From an uncultured Collinsella sp. (GTDB lineage Bacteria; Actinomycetota; Coriobacteriia; Coriobacteriales; Coriobacteriaceae): a stretch of 55,484 nt of DNA. A program made the position numbers and the translations under genes. The stretch is taken from NCBI GenBank assembly GCA_902494945.1, contig CABUVF010000001.1, positions 1 through 55,484 of the forward strand. Reading direction: 5' to 3'. Below, piece by piece: positions 28,909 through 37,150 of this stretch. Every line of letters starts with the position of its first letter. The first letter of the stretch is position 1. The notes below the pieces were generated by a model, which made no database searches, had not been told where the DNA came from, and saw only the letters and a list, made by a program, of their open reading frames with translations.

Positions 28909-28962
28909 AATTACCTTGTATCATGCACTGTCCGAAAATTCAAGGACACTCGAATTTTCAAA

Positions 28963-29565
28963 TTAGTCTTTGCAAATAACCTTTGAGCCTTCACCATCAA
29001 TTACAATTCCCTGACGGTTGTTAATTGGGCATAGATTCAAATCCGAAAACTCAGTCATTATTTTCTCGGTAACCTTCTTAAATGGTGCCGTAAGATAATG
29101 CGGAAGAACATAGAAATCGATCAAATCAAGCCCTGCATCATCTTCCTGTGAGTAGTCCTCCGGCTTTTCATCCATTTGCTCAATATATTGGATGGTAGGA
29201 GCGCATATAATCGCACCTGCCGATTCACCGATCATCAGTTTTCCCTTTGCCAATTCTTTCTTCAACAGCTCATCCGTTCCCGTTTTACGGAGCTGGTCCA
29301 TAAGGAAGAAAGAATTTCCACCGGTAAAATAGATTACATCCACATCTTCAAAAACGGACTGTATCGTTGAATAAGCCTCCGTTGAAATATCAATTTCAGT
29401 TACGGCTGCTCCCAGTGTATTAAATAGCTTTCGAGCCGAGCCGACATAACCGGTGTAGCCTTCACGCAGCGAAGCTGTGGGAATAAATGCGACTTTCTTG
29501 TTATCAATTTCTTCTTTTATCAAACTTCCTACACTTGAAAAGTGCGAACATAAAAACAGCTTCAT
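28963..29565 (-). CDS. Peptidase E / S51 (class I GATase-like)
   Basis: FIPTAS, GGN, GESAGA, LPHY; markedly AT-rich. Confidence 0.85.
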   Translation of the reverse strand: MKLFLCSHFSSVGSLIKEEIDNKKVAFIPTASLREGYTGYVGSARKLFNTLGAAVTEIDISTEAYSTIQSVFEDVDVIYFTGGNSFFLMDQLRKTGTDELLKKELAKGKLMIGESAGAIICAPTIQYIEQMDEKPEDYSQEDDAGLDLIDFYVLPHYLTAPFKKVTEKIMTEFSDLNLCPINNRQGIVIDGEGSKVICKD

Positions 29566-29621
29566 CCATGTTCTCCTTTAGGTAGCCCGGAATTGCTCGT
29601 CGAGAAGAGGAATGTGCGAGC

Positions 29622-29681
29622 AAAAAAATAGGGCAGAATCGCTTTCACGATCCCGCCCCGCAAACCCGAGGGTTTCTAACT
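29622..29681 (-). ncRNA. Putative ~58-nt two-hairpin RNA, copy A (downstream of Abi gene)
   Basis: AGTTAGAAACCCTCGGGTTTGCGGGGCGGGATCGTGAAAGCGATTCTGCCCTATTTTTT; promoter TTGACA-N16-CATAAT (-35 at 29711-29716). Confidence 0.75.
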
Positions 29682-29781
29682 AGAGTCCATTATGCAGCTA
29701 AACGCCTCTTTGTCAATCCCATGGATGCTTGACGCGCACATCAGCACCGAGCAAAGCTTGCGCGCAAGTGGGAAGCAGATC

Positions 29782-30735
29782 CTACCCGAGCCAGGCTTTG
29801 AAGACCATCGCAATGAAGTCGTGCGACGAGGCTATCACTGTGTTGCCCGCGTACCAGTCGCCGTGAAGCTCGGACCTATCGGCAAGAGCGAGTAGCCTCT
29901 CGGGAGTCCCTTCTGCTTTCTCCCTAGGAACGAATCGAGAGTAGGCGTAAGCGAGGACGGTCATCTGCAGGATGCGTGGATTGCGCATCTTCGAGCGCCT
30001 GAGGCGCTTGGACACGCCGATTTCGCCGAGAGCCGCGGCCAGCGGCGCGGGGTACCTCAGCTGCGGTGCGCTCGATGACGAGCCGAGCCCGTTCACGATG
30101 GCGCTCGAATGCGCCGCGGCGTTTCGCAGCGAGTTCGCGCGCCTGAGCATGTAGTGCTCGTCCCTCATCTCGGAATCGCCCCATCGATCGGCGCAGAAGA
30201 GGTAGAAGTCGGCGAAGGCGCCGAAAGACGACAGCTCCAGAAAGACCCACGCCGGCATCTCGCCAATCGGGTACCTCGAAACGAGCGATCCGAGGTAGGC
30301 GTCGTTTTTCAGGCGGTTGAGCTCTCCCTCCCTGCGGTTGCGGTCGCCGTGGTTGAGGGCTGCGAGGTAGTCGGAGAAGATCGAGTAGCCGTCCTCGTCC
30401 GGCTTTTCGGTGATGCGCTCGACCAGCCTGGTCTTCGCGGAGTTCTCCACGTCGAGGGTCAGCGGCAGCAGGAAGCTGCGCAGCTCGCGGTCGATGGCGG
30501 CGAGGTCGACGAGGTGCCCGAAGTCGAGCCCGGCGTATTGGCCGTCTCGCGGCCCGCCTACGCGTTTGGGGAACAACACGCGGTAGGCAGCGAGTCTGAA
30601 ATAGTGATCTTGGCCGGCCAGGATGCGCGTGGCTTCCGCTTCGGAGCACAGCTCGAAGGAGACGCCCTTCCGCCTCAGGTGCTCGATCTGCTGTTCTATT
30701 GTGAGGATGGGCTTCCTGCTCGGGATATCGGCCAT
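29782..30735 (-). CDS. Abi_2 (AbiD/AbiF-like) HEPN ribonuclease
   Basis: KPILTIEQQIEHL..YFRLAAY..IDRELR..P.WVFLELSSFG..LRNAAAH (RNxxxH); ATG after AGGAG. Confidence 0.9.
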   Translation of the reverse strand: MADIPSRKPILTIEQQIEHLRRKGVSFELCSEAEATRILAGQDHYFRLAAYRVLFPKRVGGPRDGQYAGLDFGHLVDLAAIDRELRSFLLPLTLDVENSAKTRLVERITEKPDEDGYSIFSDYLAALNHGDRNRREGELNRLKNDAYLGSLVSRYPIGEMPAWVFLELSSFGAFADFYLFCADRWGDSEMRDEHYMLRRANSLRNAAAHSSAIVNGLGSSSSAPQLRYPAPLAAALGEIGVSKRLRRSKMRNPRILQMTVLAYAYSRFVPREKAEGTPERLLALADRSELHGDWYAGNTVIASSHDFIAMVFKAWLG

Positions 30736-31190
30736 CGTCGGTCTCCTGTCATTGATTTGCAGACCATATTCTACCAGTATGTTTTCTCGAAACTCTGAAG
30801 GCTTGCTTGTCAACTCATGGGCAAGCCCCCCGAGACTACTCACTTTGCCCACCGATACCAAAGACCTGTGACCTGCGGTTTTGCGAACGGCTCGAAAACC
30901 ACCAGCGCTGACTCACTTGCGGTTGAAGCTGGCGGCTTGCACGCTAAAGGTCGGTTGAGTTTCAAAACGGGCGTTTTCGGCGAAATCGAGCCTCCAAAGG
31001 CGGTCCGCCGCGCCCTTTGGGACAAAAACAAAAACTCAATGCCCTTGAGTTTGAAAAAAGTTTTTGGAGTTGTCCCCGCTTTTGTCCCCGAAGCCGACGA
31101 AACGCGACATGGCGTTACCTGGCGGCACTCGTCTCGAGACGGCACCGAAAACTGGGTGCAACTGGAATGACGGGACGACAAAAACAGAGC

Positions 31191-31206
31191 CATCGAGTGG
31201 GAGTAG
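31191..31206 (+). other. attR core: copy of guaA 3' end (IEWE-stop)
   Basis: CATCGAGTGGGAGTAG; 13 bp identical to 43026-43038; TGTCCCC/GGGACA repeats just inside. Confidence 0.8.
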
Positions 31207-31358
31207 AACAGACGTTCGATAAAAAAATAGTATCAGATAGCGGGCACGGTTTCAATTGAATCCGTGCCCGCTGCTGTATGCGTGTCCTTGCACGCCCAAT
31301 ATGCGCCGTAAAAGCCGTCTTTTTCGACGTCAAAGTGAATGCGCTTCGTTTTTGCCTT

Positions 31359-32197
31359 TTAAAATCTAATTTTCACGATTTGCATTTTCATCCCGTTGTC
31401 ACCGACCCTTGCGAGAAACCGGAAAAAGCCGCTGACAGAAGGGTCTCTCAAATCGTTGTAACCCAGCATATAGCCGCGACTTGTGACCTGTAGACGGCTG
31501 TTCCACGTGCCGATTTCCTTGGCGGCATCCGAAACCGCAAAATATGCCCCCACATCCTTGATTTTTGCAGTCTTAAGCCATGTTTTTGCGATCATCTTTA
31601 CTGCCGTCCTGCCGTCCGATTGGCAGCATCAAAGACCAGCACACCGCCGGGGAAAGCGTCCGCCATCCCCCGCACCAGTTCCCGGACCTGCTGGGTCAGA
31701 AAGTAATAGAACACTCCGGAGGCAAAGAACACCGCCCCGCCGGAGGCATCGATTTTGCCAAACCATGCGGTGTCTTTCAGGTCGCAGGGGATATTTTGTT
31801 CTCGATCCCCGGCGGGCAGTAGCCGCTGCCGCAAGGCAATCACATCCGGGAAGTCCAGATTATAGATCTTGCATCTACCGTTGTCGCAGGTTCTGCCGGT
31901 GTTGTCCAGCCCGCAGCCCAGATTGACCACCGCCGCATTGGGGTGGCCTTTCAGGTAATCCCGCACCTCGAAAGCAAGATCACCCTGCCGCATGGCCACC
32001 TCCAGCGCACCAAAGCGCTGCATCAGGCTGCGGGAGTTTTTCTCTGCCTCTGAAAAGTCGTAGTCGATCTGGTCGAGCAGACGAACCGCTGTTTCATCCC
32101 TGTAAAGGTTCGGGTACAACTCCGTACACAGCTTCCGGGAATACAGCGGGAGGATCAGCGTCTCCTGCACGGTGTTTTTCTCAATTTTATATTTCAT
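31359..32197 (-). pseudogene. LCM/TcmP-like O-methyltransferase frameshifted by an 8-bp tandem duplication
   Basis: VQETLILPLY, VVNLGCGLD; CTGCCGTC x2 at 31601-31616. Confidence 0.85.
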
Positions 32198-32312
32198 AGG
32201 TTTCTTCTTCAGTGAATAAAAACTGTCATAATTGCCGCCAGCACAGCCGCTATGACCGGCATGCCTAACTCATGTGCAGGATGGATGCAAAAAATGCCCG
32301 TGCTTGATGCCC

Positions 32313-32918
32313 TTACTTCCGCGCCGTGACGCAGAGCCACTTTTTCTTTTTGCGTATCTGCACCTCGTGAAAACCCGCCTGCTCCAGATACGCCTTTAAT
32401 TCAATGTCCTTGTAGATGGTCATGCCGCCGATGATCTGCGTCCACCTCTCGTCCTTGTCCGTATCGCCATTGCTCTCGTTGCAGATGAGAATTGTCCCGC
32501 CTGGCTTCAGCGTCCGCCAGACCTCACGGAAGCATCGGGGCAAATCAGGCCAAAAATAGACGGTTTCAAAGGCCGTGGCGGCATCGAAGTAGCTATCCTC
32601 AAACACCATATCCGCCACACTGCCTTGCAGAACGGCACAACGCCCCTCCTGAATTGCAATTCGGTTGAGCTTTCTAGTCTTCTCCACGCTGACGGGCGAA
32701 TAGTCGACGCCCTTGACGACGCCATGCGGGCATTTTTTCAGCAGCCGTTTTATGTTCGCCCCGCCGCCGCAGCCGCAATCCAGCACCTTGGCATTTGGCG
32801 CAAGTCGTAGAAATCGAAGTCCCCACCGCGCCACAGGGCTGTGGCCCAGGTTCATCATGGCAACCATAAGTTTTCCGCCGAGGCCCACGGGCTTGCGGGT
32901 GTTTTCAAAGAACGACAT
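32313..32918 (-). CDS. Class I SAM-dependent methyltransferase
   Basis: VLDCGCGGG, ETVYFWPD, LKPGG. Confidence 0.9.
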   Translation of the reverse strand: MSFFENTRKPVGLGGKLMVAMMNLGHSPVARWGLRFLRLAPNAKVLDCGCGGGANIKRLLKKCPHGVVKGVDYSPVSVEKTRKLNRIAIQEGRCAVLQGSVADMVFEDSYFDAATAFETVYFWPDLPRCFREVWRTLKPGGTILICNESNGDTDKDERWTQIIGGMTIYKDIELKAYLEQAGFHEVQIRKKKKWLCVTARK

Positions 32919-33534
32919 CTGGCCCCTCCGATTTCGTGCATTCCGCATAGGTCAACGGGAACGAGGCCTTCAGCACCGCGCTTTTCTGCACCGACCAGCC
33001 GTTTTGACGCAGGAAACACAGGTATTCCTCGCTTGTCCATCTGCTATGGAGGGGGAATCCCGCCATACTCATGAAAAAGGCTTTTGCCTTGCCGGGAACC
33101 GAGTTCCCCGCGTGGGTGAAGGTTGGCGCGATGAGCACGCCGTCGTCCTTCAGCACCCGCCTGATTTCTTGCAGGGCCTTTTCCGGATGCGGCACTATGT
33201 GAAGTGCGTTGGACACGATCACCACTTCGAAGGACTTCTGTGCATAGGGCAGGCGGAACATATCTTGTACGGAAAAGTGCAGCTTTGCGGATTGATTGTC
33301 CCGCTTTGCTTCAAGGATCATCTTTGCAGAGGCGTCCGTAGCCTCGATGCGCGCCGCCGCATCCACGACGCTCTTTGCGATAAGCCCCGTGCCGGTGGCA
33401 ACCTCCAGCACGGTTTTTGCTTTCACCACCGGCCTGATCAGCCCATACATCTTCTCATACGCCGCCCGGTCGTTTCGCATGAAACGGTCGTACCGACTGG
33501 CATTCTTGTCCCAGAAACCCTTGCGTTCATGCAT
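32905..33534 (-). CDS. Class I SAM-dependent methyltransferase
   Basis: VLEVATGTG, NALH, VLKDDG. Confidence 0.9.
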   Translation of the reverse strand: MHERKGFWDKNASRYDRFMRNDRAAYEKMYGLIRPVVKAKTVLEVATGTGLIAKSVVDAAARIEATDASAKMILEAKRDNQSAKLHFSVQDMFRLPYAQKSFEVVIVSNALHIVPHPEKALQEIRRVLKDDGVLIAPTFTHAGNSVPGKAKAFFMSMAGFPLHSRWTSEEYLCFLRQNGWSVQKSAVLKASFPLTYAECTKSEGPDVVL

Positions 33535-33589
33535 GGCTGTCGCCCCCAAACAGTTAGAGCCATCTAACTATAACACACGAATCATGCAG

Positions 33590-33608
33590 TAAGATGAGGC
33601 TAACCTTC
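33590..33608. promoter_or_regulatory. DtxR/IdeR-like box
   Basis: TAAGATGAGGCTAACCTTC, 16/19 to TWAGGTWAGSCTWACCTWA by eye. Confidence 0.5.
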
Positions 33609-34112
33609 TTTTCTTGGCTAAGACGCATCTCATCGGTTTTCGCTTATAACGGCGCGAATCAGATACTAGGCTGGAGCTGAAGAAAGAGCTCGGCGGACAG
33701 ATAGGTCGATACCGGTTCCCGGAACGGTGATCCAGCCAATTACACCAGGGCTCTAGTCATGCAGGTAAACCCAATCCGTGACGAGAAATAGGTCCTTTTC
33801 TCGAGCTCGACGTCTTTCGGAGCTTGACGATTTGGACTGATGGAGGCGAGAAGTCCCTCACCGCGCCAATACCTGACGATTGCGCTATGGGCATCTCTCC
33901 GACCCTTTGAATCACCCCTTGTTACGCCACCCGCTACGAACCCCGGCGGAAACTAGGGAGTGATTAAAGGAGCGACCTGCGGTTTTGCGAATCAATTGAG
34001 TCATTCCCGAAATCGCGAATCAAGGGGCTGATTCGCTCAAATTGCGCACGAATCAGCCCTTAGGCGGCACGATGCGACACGCATCGACAACACTCGGACT
34101 GGATTAGACACT

Positions 34113-34122
34113 GAGTGGGAGT
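34113..34122 (+). other. Second, degenerate guaA-end att core
   Basis: GAGTGGGAGT preceded by GAATCA/TGATTC repeats and the 18-mer also found at 30870. Confidence 0.5.
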
Positions 34123-34212
34123 GCTTGAAACGAGGCGATTGAATAACTCCATCCATTTTGGTTAAAACAAAAAAAATGCCGCGCGCCTGCGGCATGAAGA
34201 AGGGAAATTCTT

Positions 34213-34743
34213 ATGCATATCGTTGTATTGAGCGGCAGCCCGCGTAAGGGCGCCAATACCGATACCATGGTCGAGGCGTTTGCCGAGACCGCGCGTGAGG
34301 GCGGTAATACGGTTGAGGTCGTTCGCGTTGCCAGCAAGAAGATCGCCGGCTGCTTGGGATGCCAGTACTGCTTCGCCCATGGGGGCGTCTGCGTGCAGAA
34401 GGATGACATGGCCAACGTGATCGAGTCGCTGAAAGATGCAGATATGGTCGTCTTTGCTTCGCCTATCTACTGGTTCGATATCACCGCGCAGGAAAAGGCC
34501 GCCATCGACCGTCTGTACGCTTTCGGTGCCACGGGATTCCCGTTCACCAAGACGGCCCTTCTGCTCGATAGCCACAGCCAGGGCGTCTATGACGCGGCGA
34601 TCGCCATGTACAAGTCAACCTGTGCTTACTGCAAGTGGGCGGACCAGGGCATTGTCACCATCAGCGGTATGACCGAGCGCGACAGCATGGCATCCTCGCC
34701 CAAGTTGAAAGAGGTGCGCGAGCTCGCCCGCAAGCTGGCGTGA
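34213..34743 (+). CDS. Flavodoxin-family / iron-sulfur flavoprotein
   Basis: GSPRKGANT, CLGCQYC..C, SPIYW. Confidence 0.9.
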   Translation: MHIVVLSGSPRKGANTDTMVEAFAETAREGGNTVEVVRVASKKIAGCLGCQYCFAHGGVCVQKDDMANVIESLKDADMVVFASPIYWFDITAQEKAAIDRLYAFGATGFPFTKTALLLDSHSQGVYDAAIAMYKSTCAYCKWADQGIVTISGMTERDSMASSPKLKEVRELARKLA

Positions 34744-34770
34744 GAGTGCACTTCTGCGAGTAAATGGTAA

Positions 34771-34820
34771 AAGAAAGGGGCCCGGAGTGCAGTTAATCGC
34801 ACCTCGGGGCCCTTTCTTTT
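34771..34820. terminator. Bidirectional terminator
   Basis: AAGAAAGGGGCCC..GGGCCCTTTCTTT between convergent genes. Confidence 0.8.
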
Positions 34821-34864
34821 ACGGATTCGTGGCGGTACGACTTCCGCGGTTTTAACCAATCGCG

Positions 34865-37105
34865 TTAGTCAAACAAACTCGGCATGTCATTTTCCTTCAT
34901 GAGGGCGCCGGCGGAGGGCAGGCTCTGCGCGGTGAACTTCTCGGCCGAGACGCCGGCGCCAAGGATTTCCTCGGTCGTGCCGACGGTGGTGACCGAGCGG
35001 CCCTTCTTGGCCGTAAAGGCCTGGACGCCCTGCGTGTTGGTGGTCGTCTTGGTCTTGAGCAGCGACGTGTTGAAGTTCATCAGGCGGTAGTCGCTCGAGA
35101 CCAGCGCGAGGTCGCGGTCCTCCTTGAGCACCTGCGCATACAGCAGCTTGCTGCCGCCGTAGATGGCGTTCTTAAGGCGCTTGCGGTTGGTCTTGGTAGC
35201 GTATCCAGAAAGCGCGACACGCACCACGCGGCCGTTCTCAAAGACGAACAGCACGTCGGCCTTGTAGTCCTCGGGGTCGATGACCCAGATGACGCTCTCG
35301 TCGGGTTCCATCTCAAGATCGGTCGGCAGGTACGAGCCCAGCTGGGCCGACTTGGTGTCCTCAAACGCCGCGACCTTGCACTTGTATACCTGGCTCTTGC
35401 TGGTAAAGACCAGCAGTTCGTGCGTATTGGCGGACGGGAACTCGATAAAGGGTTTGTCGCCGTCCTTGTACTTGAGCGTGGTCGCCTTCTTGAGCACGCG
35501 GTCCGTCATCTTCTTAAGGTAGCCATCGCGCGAGAGCATGATGGTGACCGGGTACTCCTCGACCTCGGGCTCCAGGCTCACCTCGATGACCTCATGGGGC
35601 TCAATCCTGCCCGTGCGGCGCGGCATCACGTACTTCTTGTTGACCGCGGCCAGCTCGTCGCTGATGACCTTCTTGATGTTGTCCTCGCTCGAGAGGATCT
35701 CCTCGAGTTCGGCAATCTCGCCCTCGAGCTTGGCGATATCCTTGGTGCGATTGAGGATGTATTCCTCGTTGATGTTGCGGAGCTTAAGCTCGGCAACAAA
35801 CTCGGCCTGGGTCTCGTCGATATCGAAACCCTTCATAAGGTTGGGCACGACCTCGGCTTCGAGCTTGGTGCCGCGGATGATGGCGATTGCCTTGTCGATG
35901 TCGAGCAGAATCGCCTCACGGCCGTGCAGCAGGTGCAGGCGCTCAGACTTTTTGCCCAGGTCAAAGTTAATGCGGCGACGCGTGGACTCAATACGCCATT
36001 TGACCCACTCGTGCAGGATCTGGCGCACGCCCATAACACGGGGATAGCCGTCGACGAGCACGTTGAAGTTGCACGAGAACGAATCCTGCAGCGTGGTCGA
36101 GCGATAGAGCTTCGCCATGAGCTTGTCGGGGTCGACACCGCGCTTAAGGTCGATGGCGATGCGCAAGCCCGAGAGGTCGGTCTCGTCGCGGATGTCAGCG
36201 ATCTCTTTGACCTTGCCCTCCTTGGAGAGCTTGACGATGCGCTCGATGATGACATCGGTCTTGGTGGTGTAGGGAATCTCGTAGACCTCGATGATGCGCT
36301 CTTCGGGAATCCAGCGCCAGCGGGAGCGAATCTGGAAGCTGCCAAGGCCGGTCTCGATGATCTTCTCCATCTCTTCGCGGCGGTAGATAATCTCGCCGCC
36401 GGTCGAGAAGTCGGGCATGGGCATGTACTCGAGCAGGTCGCAGTCGGGATCCTTGAGGTAGTGCATCGTGGCAGTGCAGACCTCGTTGAGGTTGAAACCG
36501 CAGATGTCGGACGCCATGGCGACGCCGATGCCCTTATTGGCCGAGACAAGGATGTTGGGGAACGTGGTGGGCAGCAGACGCGGCTCCTTCATGGCACCGT
36601 CGTAGCTGTCAACGAAGTCGACCGGGTCCTTGTCGATGTCTTTGAAGATCTCGGCGCTGATGGGGGAGAGCTTGGCCTCGGTATAACGCGAGGCGGCGTA
36701 GCTCAGGTCGCCCGAATAGTACTTGCCAAAGTTGCCCTTCGACTCCACGAAGGGGGCAAGCAGCGCTTCGTTGCCCGTCGCCAGGCGCACCATCGTTTCG
36801 TAGATCGCGGCGTCGCCGTGCGGATTGAGCTTCATGGTCTGGCCCACGATGTTGGCGCTCTTCTGGCGCTCACCCTTGAGCAGACCCATCTTGTACATGG
36901 TGTAGAGCAGCTTGCGGTGCGAGGGCTTAAAGCCGTCGATCTCGGGGAATGCACGCGAGACGTTGACGCTCATGGCGTAGGGCATGTAGTTGACCTCGAG
37001 CGTCTGCGTGATCGGCTGGTCGGTGACCTCGGAGTGCAGGCCGATGACGTTCTCGGCGTTGACCTGCTTTTTCTTTGGCTGGGTTTTCGTCTTCTTCTTT
37101 GCCAC
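34865..37105 (-). CDS. Type IIA topoisomerase subunit A (GyrA/ParC-like, short CTD)
   Basis: DGFKP, PHGD, AASRYTE, DETD. Confidence 0.92.
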   Translation of the reverse strand: MAKKKTKTQPKKKQVNAENVIGLHSEVTDQPITQTLEVNYMPYAMSVNVSRAFPEIDGFKPSHRKLLYTMYKMGLLKGERQKSANIVGQTMKLNPHGDAAIYETMVRLATGNEALLAPFVESKGNFGKYYSGDLSYAASRYTEAKLSPISAEIFKDIDKDPVDFVDSYDGAMKEPRLLPTTFPNILVSANKGIGVAMASDICGFNLNEVCTATMHYLKDPDCDLLEYMPMPDFSTGGEIIYRREEMEKIIETGLGSFQIRSRWRWIPEERIIEVYEIPYTTKTDVIIERIVKLSKEGKVKEIADIRDETDLSGLRIAIDLKRGVDPDKLMAKLYRSTTLQDSFSCNFNVLVDGYPRVMGVRQILHEWVKWRIESTRRRINFDLGKKSERLHLLHGREAILLDIDKAIAIIRGTKLEAEVVPNLMKGFDIDETQAEFVAELKLRNINEEYILNRTKDIAKLEGEIAELEEILSSEDNIKKVISDELAAVNKKYVMPRRTGRIEPHEVIEVSLEPEVEEYPVTIMLSRDGYLKKMTDRVLKKATTLKYKDGDKPFIEFPSANTHELLVFTSKSQVYKCKVAAFEDTKSAQLGSYLPTDLEMEPDESVIWVIDPEDYKADVLFVFENGRVVRVALSGYATKTNRKRLKNAIYGGSKLLYAQVLKEDRDLALVSSDYRLMNFNTSLLKTKTTTNTQGVQAFTAKKGRSVTTVGTTEEILGAGVSAEKFTAQSLPSAGALMKENDMPSLFD

Positions 37106-37150
37106 GATTTCCTCTTGAACTTCTTATGGGCCGTCGTTATCGATTTGCTG

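Larger units (their letters stand above)
650..31206. mobile_element. Integrative conjugative element (left end and integrase outside window)
   Basis: Relaxase/MobC, VirD4, VirB4, VirB6, PrgI, hydrolase, xis-like genes, replication and partition modules; ends at guaA 3'-end copy. Confidence 0.9.

Noticed and set aside
28014..29716. Duplicated unit as a CRISPR array or IS ends
   Set aside because: Only two copies 1.6 kb apart, direct orientation, no spacers, cas or transposase
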